The notes beneath the pieces were generated by a model. The model was given only the letters and a program-made list of their open reading frames with translations, did not search any database and had not been told where the DNA came from. 50,649 bases of DNA from Octopus bimaculoides (Eukaryota), in the NCBI RefSeq assembly GCF_001194135.2, contig NC_068982.1, positions 28,670,583 to 28,721,231 of the forward strand, written 5' to 3'. Of the stretch, positions 49,860 to 50,649 are shown piece after piece (within the stretch, counting starts at the first letter, position 1; every line of letters begins with the position of its first letter). The position numbers were made by a program, and so were the translations under genes.

Positions 49860-50600
49860 CAGTACCACTGCATGTCACAAATGATTTTATATTTTCGTAA
49901 TTTTATACCGATGAATAATTGATCTCCGAATGCGGCAGGTGCATAACGTATGCTGGTGCTTAGTGAACTGTTTTTCTTCTTTTTTATAATTTGCAGTTCA
50001 TTTTGGTATAATTTGAGACCTTGGCATTCAGCTGGCATTATCCAATTTGTATCTAGTGTATTATTTCTACACCATCGTTGCTGTTTCTTTCTGTTGGACA
50101 AATGTGGCACGTATGAATGCTTGGATTGTTTGTGAGGCATTTTGCTTTCTTCGTAATGTCGTCTATGAGGAATGTGAATGTTAAGTGTCTATATCTTAGG
50201 CATTTCTGGTAGCTATAAGCTGCTGAGTGTGATAGTTATTTGTATTTGATATTCTTTGGGGCGTCTAGTAAGAAGCAAGGAACTGGATTTGGTAGATACT
50301 ACGCAATGTGTGATGTTCTGGAGCAAGTTTTCTTGGTGATAGATATTGGGTTGGAGAATTCATGCGGCCGTGATTGCAAAGCATTGAGATAATGTGAATG
50401 TGATATCATGCTTATATAGGACTATGTATGTTTGTGGTATGTTTTTAGGTGGTTTTCTAAGTATAGGTAAGAACAAGTTGGTGAAAGGAGGAAACATTGT
50501 GGTGTTACATTCACGAAATTAGGACATTTATTGGTGTAGTTGCTGAACAGTACATTGCATTGTTGACCTGGCAATGTTTTGTGTTGTTAGTAGTTATAAT
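49860..50600 (-). mobile_element. Possible highly degenerate LINE endonuclease region
   Basis: Strand-skewed composition; minus-strand AFGDQLFIGI (~SDH.PI) and later ...W motif. Weak. Confidence 0.35.
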
Positions 50601-50611
50601 ATGTACGTACA

Positions 50612-50649
<38 letters not shown>

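Overview
AT-rich, microsatellite-dense eukaryotic draft-assembly DNA with several N gaps, many beside (TA)n runs. From my recollection of its SINE families and microsatellite load it is most likely a cephalopod (Octopus-like) genome; this is inference, not a database result. I cannot identify any host protein-coding gene. Almost all ORFs in the supplied track are artefacts of microsatellites or N runs, or fragments of decayed transposable elements. Supportable content: (i) many tRNA-derived SINEs in about five modular families (my labels A-E), three copies with clear target-site duplications (TSDs); (ii) degenerate non-LTR retrotransposons: a CR1/Jockey-like family (RT pieces at 1.9-3.1, 9.8-11.0 and 28.9-29.2 kb; endonuclease pieces at 27.4-28.9 kb), RTE-like pieces (13.0-14.2, 24.4-24.8, 38.5-39.1 kb) and a CR1/L2-like 3' end (44.8-45.3 kb); (iii) two Tc1/mariner relics, a maT/DD37D fragment with an open C-terminal frame and a rosa/DD41D-like copy; (iv) two Helentron/HINE-like non-autonomous elements. 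The most unusual items are a GC-rich element at 34.65-36.2 kb carrying an ORF1/gag-like frame but no ORF2 (HAL1-like), an adjacent ~600-bp unit bounded by 22-bp direct repeats and ending in degenerate (TTAGGG)n, and 5'/3' module shuffling among the SINEs. No CRISPR, rRNA or genuine tRNA genes were seen.
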